Source of the DNA: Mobula birostris
Lineage: Eukaryota
Direction of reading: 5' to 3'
NCBI RefSeq assembly: GCF_030028105.1
Contig: NC_092391.1
Span: forward strand, 51,929,223-51,993,222
DNA length: 64,000 nucleotides
Below the pieces are notes generated by a model. It saw nothing but the letters and a program-made list of their open reading frames with translations. It did not search any database and was not told the origin of the DNA. A program made the position numbers and the translations under genes. Below, piece after piece: positions 50,791-63,487 of this stretch. Position 1 is the stretch's first letter. Each line of letters opens with the position of its first letter.

Positions 50791-51064
50791 GATGTGTTTG
50801 ATACAACATCGTGGGCTGTACGGCACTGCACTGTTCTACATTCTAATACGCAGGGCGGAGAGGGATATAGACCACTGTTTTTAATTGTGAATATTGTGTA
50901 TCTGATGCTCAGTGCCGGAGATGCTGCAGTAAGTACACTTTTAATTGCTTTTGGCTTTGATGTTCTGGATTTCCAGAATCTGCAGAATATCTTGTGTTTA
51001 AATTTCAGATATGTTTATTGTGCATATGACAATAAATTTGACTCTCTGTGTACAGGCAGAAGGG

Positions 51065-51710
51065 ATTTAGAGTCATACAATCAGGCCGTTCGGCCCATCC
51101 CATCCATGCCGAACCAGTTAAACTGCCTAGTCCAGTCCCATCGACCATATTCCTCCACAACCTTCCCATCCAAACTCCTCTGAAATGTTGAAATCAAAAT
51201 TGCACCCATTTGCACTGGCAACTCGTTCCATGCTCCCACTATTTTCTGCGAGAAGTTTCCCCTCATGTTCCCCTTAAACTTTTCACCTTTCAGCCTTAAC
51301 CCATGACCTTAATTGTAGTCCCACCCAACCTCAGTGGAAAAAGGCTATTTGCATTTACCCTATCTATACTCCTCATAATTTTGTATACCTCTATCAAATC
51401 TCTCAATCTTCTACATTCTAGGGAATAAAGTCCTTCAATCTTTCCTTATAACTCAGGTCTTCCAGTACCAGCAACATACTTGTAAATTTTCTCTATACTT
51501 TCAACCTCATTTACATTTTTCCTGTGGGTAGGTGACCAAACAGCACACAATACTGCAAATTAGGCCTCACCAACATCTTGTACAACTTCAACATAACATC
51601 CCAACTTCAATACTCAGTACATTGATTTATGAAGGTCAATGTGCCAAAAGCTCTCTTTACAACCCCATCTATCTGTGACGCCGCTTCCAATGAATTACGG
51701 ATCTGTATCA
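51065..51710 (-). mobile_element. decayed CR1 LINE
   Basis: RGNFSQKIVGAWNELP and upstream RT tail on minus strand. Confidence 0.8.
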
Positions 51711-53447
51711 TATATGGATTTGTTTCATATACATAAGACAATAAACTCGACTCTCTATGTACAGGGAGGAGAAATTTTAATTAGGTGCCATTAGTTATAA
51801 TTAGTTCAAAACAACATTGATGGTCCATGTTCTAAACCATATCTAACAAACCAATTTCCCCCGGGATCAATAAAATATGACTACTACTACTACTACTACA
51901 ACAACATAACGGTGATGCTGTGGTTTTCTGAAGTAACAGGGAGGGCTGAAAAGGGAGATGCAGTGATGTAGTCTATATGGATTTCCAAAAGGCTTTTCAC
52001 AAGATACCACACTGAGGACGTTTGCCTTCAAGCCTAATTATCCTGTAACAGCAGTGACAGTTCTGGTTTAGGATGCCACTGTGAATCTCAGCGACTTCTG
52101 GCTGGTGACCGATGAAACAAGAAAAACATCTAAATACGTTGTTATTCACACTTCTTTTCTGGTAAATGATCATCACAAGCAATAGCCTGTAACTTCCCTT
52201 TGGACTGGGAGGCGATCCGACGTGGCAGAACCGGGGTGAGGCGAGGCAGCAGGCCTGTTGCCAAGATCGGGGAAGACCCGAGGTTCAATGGACTTAAGAG
52301 CTGGGCCGAATCAGAAAGGTCCTGTACAGGCTGAATCAAGGCAACAGGGTCCAGATCCCACAGCACGTCAAAGCCACTGAACCCGATGTTTGGACGGTGA
52401 CTTAGGTGCAGGGCCGAATTGAAAAGGTCACGGCGAGATGAGGGATGGGCTGTTTCTGCAGCCTGCTCCGCTCTTGCACTGAAGAAAGGATCTGTGGCCC
52501 AGACCCACTGTGGACCAGCTCAGAACAATATTTGCTTGTGCTGGCATTTTTTTTATTCTCTGCACATTGGGGAGACTTCCTTTGTTTTTTTTTTTGAGTT
52601 TCTTTGTTTGTGGCTGTCTGTTAGGAGACAAATCACTATTTTTGAACGTTTTGTACCCAGGCCCCAGAAGAACACTGTCTAATTCAGCTGTATCTATGTA
52701 TAGTTTGAATGATAATTAAACTTTTTGATTTGACTTGAATCTCAAGATTGTATAATATATACTTATTTCGATAATAAGTGTATTTTGAACTTTGAAAGAG
52801 GATGAGAGTACAAGTAAATGGAGAGTTTCAGAGTTGACAGGTCGGTGCAAAGACCACTGGGGAGCCTTTTCTCCTACATACTAATGACTTTAACAACAGA
52901 AGAACACTTTGGAACTGAGACGAGATTGTGTTTCAGGGAATGCTTCCGTGTCAGCTGTCGCCTGGAAACCAGCTGCACTGGGTTATCACGCCGGGCACTC
53001 ACACGGGTCACAATGCTCACGGCAGAAGGACTCATCAGAATAACTCCAGGGCCAGTGGGAGGGTGGCGGGCGGCGGGCGGCAGGATGGATCAGTGATATC
53101 TGTTTTCTCTTGAATGTGGAAGGTGAAGAGATGATCTAATTGAGAGATGGAAGGATAATTGAAGAATGTTTGGGGATGTTTTTATAGAGGGCACAGAGAT
53201 GTTGGTGGTAAAACTGCTGCATCACAGAGACATCAGTCCAATCCTGGCCTCATCTGCTGTTTATGTGGAGTTTGCACGCTCTTCCCATCACTTCATGAAT
53301 TTTCCCCAGGTGCTCCAAATCCCTCTCCCGCCCCACTGCCCACATGCTGTGGCACAGATTCCTGAGCTATCGGATTCCAAGGTGCTATTTTCCAAAAGAA
53401 AATTCCATTTAAGTGGAGGATTGTCTGCCTTCAATTTGAATCCTTAC

Positions 53448-53527
53448 CTGGGATTCTTTCAGGATCTGCTGGCCCCACCAAACGGGGTTGACATCCACCA
53501 CGATAACCAGGAGGTTCACATCTTCAT
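53448..53527 (-). CDS. GTF2H3: TFIIH p34 exon 2 ([27 protein letters not shown])
   Basis: near-identical to Tfb4/p34 N-terminus; acag/gtaagg boundaries, 80 nt. Confidence 0.96.
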
Positions 53528-53985
53528 CTGTTCGGAAAATTAAAGGAAAATGTGGTCACCAATGACTGGCTGTTGAATATTGTGGTATGCCTTCAGAGAG
53601 CAACAGTATAATAGGCTCTTGATATCAGGGTGTCTGCGAGGCTCCAGTGCCAGGAATCAGTCCTGTTCCAGGATGAGATGGAAGTTATTGGGCAGGGTGC
53701 TGAGAGGATAATAATGAAGAAGTGGCATTTGCCCTCACAGAGACTACAGCACTGATGTGACCCCACATCCAAGTGTCGGGCTCTGGTGGTCTCAGAACCT
53801 CCTAACCATTCAGATTCTCCAATTCCAATCCCTTACACATAACTCATTCCTTTCGCTCCAGCCCGATAACTCAAAGTTCAAAGTAAGTTTATTATTAAAT
53901 GACATATATCTCGCCATATACAACCCTCAGATTTGTTTTCTTGCGGGCATACTCCGTAAATCCAATAACCATAATGGAATCAATT

Positions 53986-54218
53986 AAAGCAACACACACA
54001 AAACGCTGGAGGAACTCAGCAGGCCAGGCAGCATCAATGGAAAAGATTGCAGTCGACATTTCGGGCCAAGACCCTTCAGGACAGTCCTAACAAAAGGTCT
54101 TGGCACAAAGCGCTGACTGTACTCTTTTCCACAGATGCTGCCTGGCCTGCTGGGTTCCTCCAGCATTTTGTGTGTGTTGCTTGGATATCCAACATCTGCA
54201 GATTTTCTCTAGTTTGTG
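53986..54218. mobile_element. Penelope-derived foldback copy with almost no spacer
   Basis: aagcaacacaca..ttcaggac | agtcct..tgtgtgttgctt inverted arms meeting near 54081. Confidence 0.8.
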
Positions 54219-54659
54219 ATAGAATCGATGAAAGACTGCACCCAACAGGATGGACAAACAGTACAATACAAAAGACATAAACAGTACAAATACAAATGAA
54301 AAGAAGAAAATAATAATAGTAAATAAATAAGGAATAAATATTGAGACCATGAGATGAAGAGCCCTTGAAAGTGAGTTTACTGGCTGTGGAAACAGTTCAG
54401 TGACGGGGCGAGTGAAGTTATCCCCACTGGTTCAGCAGCCTGATGGTTGAGGGGTAATAACTGTTCCCGAACCTGGTGGTGTGACTCCTGTACCTTGTTA
54501 CCACACAATCCTCACAACTTATGCTCTCCTTTCAACACAACCCTTTAAAATCCATTAAAGAACTTAGTGGGTCAGGCAACATCTTTGGAAGGAAATGGAC
54601 AGTCAGTATTTCAGGCTAAGACCCTTCATCTGGCCTTTTATTCAGGCAAAGAAAGAGGT

Positions 54660-55325
54660 ATGTTTAATGTCATTTCCAGTACACAAGTGTAAAGGAGAAT
54701 GAAATAACTGTTACTCCAGATTCAATGCAGCACAAAAAAAACACACAATAAGATAAAGAACCCAATAATAATAAAAAGCACAGTAAATATAAATACATGA
54801 GATAGCTAATATACATAGATTGACTGTATGCCCATAAAGTGATGCTTGACACAGGAGTGTCTGTACATAAAGTGACTCAGACAGGAAAAGATAAAGTAGT
54901 GGTGGTTGGGGTTGCGGAAGGGTGGTCTAGTGGGTGGAGGTGTCAATCAGCCTTACTGCATGGTGAAAGTAACTGTTTTTGAGTCTGGTGGTCCTGGTGT
55001 GGATGCTACGTAGCCTCCTCCCTGAAGGGAGAGGGACAGACAGTCCATGAGCAGGGTGGGTGGAAGCCTTCATGATGTTACTGGCTCTTTTCTGCATTTA
55101 TGTCCATGATGGTGGGTAGGCTGGTGCTGGTGATGTGTTGGGCAGCTTTGACAACCCGTTGTACAGCCTTCCTGTCTGCCGCAGTGCAGTTTCCATACCA
55201 TAGGGTGGTACAGCGGGTTAGAATGCTCCAAACTACAAATGTAGAATGATCAGTAGGGATATGCAAAGTCCATCTGTCTTCAGCCTCCTCAGGAGGTAGA
55301 GGCATAGGTGAGATTTCCTGACTGT
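54660..55325 (-). mobile_element. Rex1/Babar-like LINE 3' end
   Basis: SILTRCTTLWYGNCTAADRKAVQRVVK on minus; same 3' UTR as about 26270-26750. Confidence 0.78.
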
Positions 55326-55329
55326 GTGG

Positions 55330-57957
55330 GATGTATTCTGGGGCAGTGGGTGAGGGTCAGAGAATGTCGAATCTTTGTTGGTGGAGTTAAGAAATTGCAA
55401 GGGTTAAAAAACCATTATGGGAATCAAATAGTAGCCAAGATGTGGGGCTGAGATTGCAAAGGGAGCTGGAAAAGGCATGTAATAAGCGTAATGTCACAAT
55501 TGTAATGGGGGACTTACAATATGCAAGAGGATCGGGAAAATCAGGTTGATATAGGATCGCAAGAGAGGGAATTTGTTGAATCCTTATGAGATGGCTTTTT
55601 AGAGTAGCTTGTGTTTGAGCCTACTCAGGGAAAGGCTATCTTAGATTGGCTGTTGTATAACAACCCAGATCTTATTAGGAACCCTTAGGAAACCGTGATC
55701 ATAATGTGATTGACTTCATACTGCAACTAGAGAGGGAGAAGTATAAGTCAGAGGCATCAGTATCACAATGGAATAAAGGGAATTCCAGAGGCACGAGAGA
55801 GGAGCTTGCCCAGGTGGATTGGTGGAGGATACTGGCAGGGATGATGACACAGCAGAGATGACTGAAGTTTCTGGGAACAGTTCACAAGGCGCAGGATAGA
55901 GATGTCCCACAGAGGAAGAAGTTCTCAAATGGCAAGGGTAGGCAACCATGGTTGTCATAGGAAGTTAAGGACTGCATAAAGGCCAAGGAAAGTGCATATA
56001 AGGTAGCAAAAGTGAGTGGGAAATTGGATGATTAGGAAGCTCTGAAAATCCAAAAAAAAGCAACTAAAAAAAGCTATAAGAAGGGAAAAGATGAAATATA
56101 AGGGCAGACTAGCCAATAATATAAAGCAGGATACCAAAAGTTATTTCAGTTATATAAGGAGTAAAAGGGAGGTGAGAGTTGATATTGGACCACTGGAAAA
56201 TGATGCTGGTGAGGAAGTATTGGGGACAAAGAAATGGTGGATGAACTTAATGAGTATTTTGTATCTGCCTTCACTGTGGAAGGCACTAGCAGTGTGCCAG
56301 AGGTCTGTGAGTGTCAGGGAGCAGGACTGAGTGCCATCGCTATTACAAAGGAAAAAGTGCCAGGCAAACTCAAAGGTCTTAAGGTGGATAAGTCACCTGG
56401 GCCAGATGGACTACATCCCAGAGTCCTGAGATAGGTTGCTGCAGAGATATTGGGTGCATTGGTCATGATCTTTCAAGCATCACTTGATTCTGGCATGGTC
56501 TCGGAGGACTGGAAGATTGCAAATGTCATTCCACTCTTCAAGAAGGGAGGAAGGCAAAAGAGAGGAAATTATAGGCCAGTTTGCCTAACCTCAGTGGTTG
56601 GGAAACTGTTGGGGTCTACTATTAAGGATGCGGTTTCAAGGTACTTGGAGACTAGTGATAAAATAAGTCAAGGTCAGCATGGTTTCTGTAAAGGGAAATT
56701 TTGCCTGACAAATCTGTGAGAGTTCTTCAAGGAAGTAACAAGCAGGGTGGACAAAGGAGAGGCAGTAGATGTCACTTACTTAGATCTTCAAAAGGCATTT
56801 GAGAAAAGGTACCACATGAGGCTGCTTAACAAGATAAAATTCTATGGTGTAACAGGAAAGATACTGACATGGATAATGGAATGGCTGACAGACAGGAGGC
56901 AGTAAGTGGGAATAAAAGGGTTTTTTTCTGGTTGGCTATGAGTGACTAGTGGCGTTCCTCAGAGGTCAGTATTGGGACCGCTACTTTTCACATTGTTTGT
57001 CAATGATTTGGATATTGGAATTGATGGCTTTGTGGCAAAGTTTGCAGATGATACAAAGATAAGTGGAGGGATAGGTAGTGCTGAGGAAGCAATGTGATTG
57101 CAGCAGGACTTAGACAAATTGGAAGAATGGGCAAAAAAGTGGCAGGTGGAATATTGGGAAATGTATGATAATGCATTTTGGTAAAAGGAATAATAGTGTG
57201 GACTATTACCAACATGTGGAGAAGGTTCAAACATCAGAGGTACAGAGGGACTGGGAGCCCTCATGCAAGACTCCCAGAAGGTTAATTTACAGGTTGAGTC
57301 TGTGGCAAAGAAGGCAAATGCACTGTTGGCCTTTATTTCAAGGGGAATAGAATATAAAAGCAAGGAGAGAATGCTGAGCCTTTATAAGACCCTAGTCAGG
57401 CCGCACTTGGAGGATTGTCAACAGTTTTGGGCCCCATATCTCAAAAAGGATGTATTACCATTGGAGGGAGTCCAGAGGAGGTTCATGAGAATTATTCTAG
57501 GAATGAAGAGGTTAACGTATGAGGAGCGTTTGGCAGCTTTAGGCCTGTACTCACTGGAACTTAGAAGAATGCAGGGGATCTCATTGAAACCTACCGAATG
57601 TTGAAAGGACTAGATAGGGTGGACGTGAAGAGGATGTTTCCTTTGATGAGGGGATCCAGAACTAGAGGGCACAGCCTCAAAATTGAGGAGCGACCCTTTA
57701 CAACAGAGGTAAGGAGGAATTTTCTTTAGCCAGAGAGCAGTGAATCTGTGGAATGCTCTGCCACGGACTGTGGTGGAGGACAAGTCTGTGAGGATACTTA
57801 AGGCGGAAGATGATTTTTTCCTGATTGGTTAGAACAACAAAGGATATGGCGAGAAGGCAGGTGTATGGGGTTGAGTGGGATCCAGGATCAGCCATGATGG
57901 AATGGCGAAGCAGACTCGAAAGGATGAATGGCCTAATTCTGCTCTATGTCTTATGGA
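55330..57957 (+). mobile_element. decayed CR1 LINE (part of endonuclease, RT, 3' UTR)
   Basis: DKSPGPDGLHPRVL, EDWKIANVIPLFKKG, FADDTK, LVRPHLE with stops and frameshifts. Confidence 0.92.
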
Positions 57958-58339
57958 CCATACTGTGATTGGGAATTCTAACTGGTTATTTAGTGAGATC
58001 TGTGATCTTCATTAGATTTCAACCAACTCTCACTGGAAGTAAATTCCCCAAGTGCAGGCAAACATCAGTGTGGAGGGGTTATCAGAGGGAGGGAATGTGA
58101 GGAGAAGAGCAATGAAGATGGGGGGATAGAGGGAGGGGAGGGTGGGGGAGATGGAAGGGATAAGGTGGATGAAGGTGTATGGAGGATGAAGAAGAGGGGT
58201 AATGAAGGGGTGTGGGATTAGGGGTAGGGGAATGGGGTAGGGAGTAAGGCAGGGGAGGGGAGCGTGGTGAGAGGGAAGGAGTGGAGAGAGGAGATGAGGT
58301 GGTTGATGGAAGGAGGGAGAGGGTGAGGTGAGAGTGTGC

Positions 58340-61300
58340 AAGGGATGTAGGGAATGAGGCAGGGGATGGGAATGTGGTGGAGAGGGGATGAGATGGTGAG
58401 AGTGTGCAGGGATGAAGAAAGGGGTGTGATTTAAGGGATTGGGTGGGGTATAGGAGGCAGGGGAGGGGAATGTGGTGGTGAGAGTGTGCGGGGATGAAGA
58501 AAGGGGTGTGATTTAGGGGAATGGGTGGGGTACAGGAGGCAGGGGAAGGGAATGTGGTGGTGAGAGTGTGCGGGGATGAAGAAAGGGGTGTGATTTAGGG
58601 GAATGGGGTGGGGTATAGGAGGTGGGGGAGGGGAATGTGGTGGAGAGAGGGGATGAGATGGTGAGAGTGTGCGGGGATGAAGAAAGGGGTGTGATTTAGG
58701 GGAATGGGTGGGGTATAGGAGGCAGGGGAGGGGAATGTGGTGGTGAGAGTGTGCGGGGATGAAGAAAGGGGTGTGATTTAGGGGAATGGGCTGGGGTATA
58801 GGAGGCAGGGGAGGGGAATGTGGTGGTGAGAGTGTGCGGGGATGAAGAAAGGGGTGTGATTTAGGGGAATAGGCTGGGGTATAGGAGGCAGGGGAGGGGA
58901 ATGTGGTGGTGAGAGTGTGCGGGGATGAAGAAAGGGGTGTGATTTAGGGGAATGGGTGGGGTATAGAGGCAGGGGATGGGAATGTGGTGGAGAGAGGGGA
59001 TGAGATGGTGAGAGTGTGCGGGGATGAAGAAAGGGGTGTGATTTAGGGGAATAGGCTGGGGTATAGGAGGCAGGGGAGGGGAATGTGGTGGTGAGAGTGT
59101 GCGGGGATGAAGAAAGGGGTGTGATTTAGGGGAATGGGTGGGGTATAGGAGGCAGGGGAGGGGAATGTGGTGGTGAGAGTGTGCGGGGATGAAGAAATAG
59201 GTGTGATTTAGGGGAATGGGTGGGGTATAGGAGGCAGGGGATGGGAATGTGGTGGAGAGAGGGGATGAGATGGTGAGAGTGTGCGGGGATGAAGAAAGGG
59301 GTGTGATTTAGGGGAATGGGTGGGGTATAGGAGGCAGGGGAGGGGAATGTGGTGGTGAGAGTGTGCGGGGATGAAGAAAGGGGTGTGATTTAGGGGAATG
59401 GGCTGGGGTATAGGAGGCGGGGGATGGGAATGTGGTGGAGAGAGGGGATGAGATGGTGAGAGTGTGCGGGGATGAAGAAAGGGGTGTGATTTAGGGGAAT
59501 GGGTGGGGTATAGGAGGCAGGGGAGGGGAATGTGGTGGTGAGAGTGTGCGGGGATGAAGAAAGGGGTGTGATTTAGGGGAATGGGCTGGGGTATAGGAGG
59601 CAGGGGATGGGAATGTGGTGGAGAGAGGGGATGAGATGGTGAGAGTGTGCGGGGATGAAGAAAGGGGTGTGATTTAGGGGAATGGGTGGGGTATAGGAGG
59701 CGGGGGAGGGGAATGTGGTGGTGAGAGTGTGCGGGGATGAAGAAAGGGGTGTGATTTAGGGGAATGGGTGGGGTATAGGAGGCGGGGGAGGGGAATGTGG
59801 TGGTGAGAGTGTGCGGGGATGAAGAAAGGGGTGTGATTTAGGGGAATGGGCTGGGGTATAGGAGGCGGGGGAGGGGAATGTGGTGGTGAGAGTGTGCGGG
59901 GATGAAGAAAGGGGTGTGACTTAGGGGAATGGGTGGGGTATAGGAGGCGGGGGAGGGGAATGTGGTGGTGAGAGTGTGCGGGGATGAAGAAAGGGGTGTG
60001 ATTTAGGGGAATGGGCTGGGTATAGGAGGCGGGGGAGGGGAATGTGGTGGAGAGAGGGGATGAGATGGTGAGAGTGTGCGGGGATGAAGAAAGGGGTGTG
60101 ATTTAGGGGAATGGGTGGGGTATAGGAGGCAGGGGAGGGGAATGTGGTGGTGAGAGTGTGCGGGGATGAAGAAAGGGGTGTGATTTAGGGGAATGGGTGG
60201 GGTATAGGAGGCAGGGGAGGGGAATGTGGTGGTGAGAGTGTGTGGGGATGAAGAAAGGGGTGTGATTTAGGGGAATGGGTGGGGTATAGGAGGCAGGGGA
60301 TGGGAATGTGGTGGTGAGAGTGTGCGGGGATGAAGAAAGGGGTGTGATTTAGGGGAATGGGCTGGGGTATAGGAGGCAGGGGATGGGAATGTGGTGGAGA
60401 GAGGGGATGAGATGGTGAGAGTGTGCGGGGATGAAGAAAGGGGTGTGATTTAGGGGAATGGGTGGGGTATAGGAGGCAGGGGAGGGGAATGTGGTGGAGA
60501 GAGGGGATGAGATGGTGAGAGTGTGCGGGGATGAAGAAAGGGGTGTGATTTAGGGGAATGGGCTGGGTATAGGAGGCAGAGGATGGGAATGTGGTGGAGA
60601 GAGGGGATGAGATGGTGAGAGTGTGTGGGGATGAAGAAAGGGGTGTGATTTAGGGGAATGGGCTGGGGTATAGGAGGCAGGGGATGGGAATGTGGTGGAG
60701 AGAGGGGATGAGATGGTGAGAGTGTGTGGGGATGAAGAAAGGGGTGTGATTTAGGGGAATGGGCTGGGGTATAGGAGGCAGGGGATGGGAATGTGGTGGA
60801 GAGAGGGGATGAGATGGTGAGAGTGTGTGGGGATGAAGAAAGGGGTGTGATTTAGGGGAATGGGTGGGGTATAGGAGGCAGGGGATGGGAATGTGGTGGA
60901 GAGAGGGGATGAGATGGTGAGAGTGTGTGGGGATGAAGAAAGGGGTGTGATTTAGGGGAATGGGTGGGGTATAGGAGGCAGGGGATGGGAATGTGGTGGA
61001 GAGAGGGGATGAGATGGTGAGAGTGTGTGGGGATGAAGAAAGGGGTGTGATTTAGGGGAATGGGTGGGGTATAGGAGGCAGGGGATGGGAATGTGGTGGA
61101 GAGAGGGGATGAGATGGTGAGAGTGTGTGGGGATGAAGAAAGGGGTGTGATTTAGGGGAATGGGCTGGGGTATAGGAGGCAGGGGATGGGAATGTGGTGG
61201 AGAGAGGGGATGAGATGGTGAGAGTGTGCGGGGATGAAGAAAGGGGTGTGATTTAGGGGAATGGGCTGGGGTATAGGAGGCAGGGGATGGGAATGTGGTG

Positions 61301-62160
61301 GAGAGAGGGGATGAGATGGTGAGAGTGTGTGGGGATGAAGAAAGGGGTGTGATTTAGGGGAATGGGTGGGGTATAGGAGGCAGGGGATGGGAATGTGGTG
61401 GAGAGAGGGGATGAGATGGTGAGAGTGTGTGGGGATGAAGAAAGGGGTGTGATTTAGGGGAATGGGTGGGGTATAGGAGGCAGGGGAGGGGAATGTGGTG
61501 GTGAGAGTGTGCGGGGATGAAGAAAGGGGTGTGATTTAGGGGAATGGGCTGGGGTATAGGAGGCAGAGGATGGGAATGTGGTGGAGAGAGGGGATGAGAT
61601 GGTGAGAGTGTGTGGGGATGAAGAAAGGGGTGTGATTTAGGGGAATGGGTGGGGTATAGGAGGCAGGGGATGGGAATGTGGTGGAGAGAGGGGATGAGAT
61701 GGTGAGAGTGTGTGGGGATGAAGAAAGGGGTGTGATTTAGGGGAATGGGCTGGGTATAGGAGGCAGGGGAGGGGAATGTGGTGGAGAGAGGGGATGAGAT
61801 GGTGAGAGTGTGCGGGGATGAAGAAAGGGGTGTGATTTAGGGGAATGGGCTGGGGTATAGGAGGCAGGGGATGGGAATGTGGTGGAGAGAGGGGATGAGA
61901 TGGTGAGGGTGTGCGGGGATGAAGAAAGGGGTGTGATTTAGGGGAATGGGTGGGGTATAGGAGGCAGGGGATGGGAATGTGGTGGTGAGAGTGTGTGGGG
62001 ATGAAGAAAGGGGTGTGATTTAGGGGAATGGGCTGGGGTATAGGAGGCAGGGGATGGGAATGTGGTGGAGAGAGGGGATGAGATGGTGAGGGTGTGCGGG
62101 GATGAAGAAAGGGGTGTGATTTAGGGGAATGGGTGGGGTATAGGAGGCGGGGGAGGGGTG
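58340..62160. repeat. G-rich satellite with 82-bp and 100-bp unit variants in GTF2H3 intron 1
   Basis: period 82 (60121 to 60203) and 100 (60841 to 60941); long unit adds GAGAGAGGGGATGAGATG. Confidence 0.98.
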
Positions 62161-62342
62161 AGGAATAAAGGAGAGGGTGATGAAAGGGGTATGAGGCTGG
62201 GGAGGGGAAGGAGAGGGTATGAAGGATGGGTGTAGGTCAGGCGGGAAAGGGGAATAAAGGAGAGGGTGATGAAAGGGGGGACATAGGAGGCGGGGAGGGG
62301 ATCAGGGTAACTGCGGGGCGGACACCGCCGTCACTCACTCAC

Positions 62343-62352
62343 CCGCCGCCAT
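62343..62352 (-). CDS. GTF2H3: TFIIH p34 exon 1 (ATG GCG GCG G)
   Basis: ATG in CpG island followed by GTGAGT donor; phase 1 matches exon 2. Confidence 0.88.
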
Positions 62353-62487
62353 CACTACCCCGCCTTTCCAACGCCGCCGCTGGTGCAGCGATGTAACACG
62401 TCCGGGTGCCGCCGGCCCGGAACGATGAGCGGCGGCTCCTAGTCGCGGGGGAAGAGTTGTAGGCGGTGGTCACGGTGGACCGGCGCG

Positions 62488-62500
62488 ATGGATGAGGAGG
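62488..62500 (+). CDS. EIF2B1: eIF2B alpha exon 1 (ATG GAT GAG GAG G)
   Basis: gcgATGG start, MDEE, donor GTGGGT, phase 1 matching exon 2. Confidence 0.9.
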
Positions 62501-62929
62501 GTGGGTATTGAGCAGGGAGGGGGCTGGTATTTGGGTTCCCGGGAGATGTGGGGCCGACCGGGAGGGGGACCTAGGCCGTGACACCCTGGTAGGTCGGGCA
62601 GTGTCTGTGGGAGGCTGAGGAAACAGGGATGTTTCAGTATGGGTGAATTTGATCCATTTTGACAGTGTTGGCCCTACACTCACCCTGACAGGTGGTGTAT
62701 GCTCATCACACTCTTGTAGGTGGAGGCAAGAACTCGGAGAGTTACTCAGCACCAGACACCCTGCTCCTGTACATATGGTATTAACGTGACTGGTCTAGTT
62801 GAGTTCATGGTAATGACTTCCTTAGGGTTTTGGTGGTGAAGGAGCCAGCGATGATAATGTCCGAGAATCCATGAGGATCAGCGTTATTTTTTGATGGAGA
62901 CGGCCAATGTGGCACAGCTGGTGAGGAAC

Positions 62930-63205
62930 CTTATCTAAGAAAGGATGTGCTGACTTGGAGAGGGTTCAAAGAAGATTCACGAAAATGAATCTGGGATTGA
63001 AAGGCTTGTCATATGAGGAGCGTTTGATAGTTCTGGGTCTGTACTCACTGGAATTCAGAAGAATGGGGGGGGGGTCTCATTGAAACCTATCGAGTGTTGA
63101 AAGGCCTCGATAGAATGGATGAAGAGAGGGTATTTCCGATGGTGAGGGAGTCCAGGACCCGAAGGCACAGCCTCAGAATAGAGACTCCTATATCTTGTGA
63201 TCTAA
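62930..63205 (+). mobile_element. CR1 fragment in EIF2B1 intron 1
   Basis: YLRKDVL, LGLYSLEFRRM, LKGLDR remnants. Confidence 0.82.
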
Positions 63206-63385
63206 TTGTGAACTGTCATTCTGTAGCCAGAGTGTTGTCTCAGCTTCAGTGTTTACAGGCCTGGGTTCCTGTACTTGCTGACAGAGTTATGCACGGAATT
63301 GATTACGTATGCTGATTAAGTATGTATCCTAAATAAGTAATTATCTGTTCCTCAACCAAACGGCAAATTAATTTGACTTTTACAG

Positions 63386-63487
63386 AGCTTGTGGACTATT
63401 TCAAAAAGCAAATGAAGGAGAATGAAGATGTGGCTTCTGCAGTTGCCGCAATCCGTACCTTGCTGGAGTTTTTGAAGAGAGATAGAG
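63386..63487 (+). CDS. EIF2B1: eIF2B alpha exon 2 ([34 protein letters not shown]); gene continues past window
   Basis: [17 protein letters not shown] signature; tacag/gtaaaa boundaries, 102 nt. Confidence 0.96.

Larger units (their letters stand above)
62300..62600. promoter_or_regulatory. CpG-rich bidirectional promoter GTF2H3/EIF2B1
   Basis: divergent ATGs at 62352 and 62488; high CpG density; CCGGAA (ETS-like) and GGGGCGG (Sp-like) motifs. Confidence 0.85.

Noticed and set aside
58340-62160. Telomere-like TTTAGGG in the satellite
   Set aside because: Occurs once per 82/100-bp unit, not as tandem telomeric repeats
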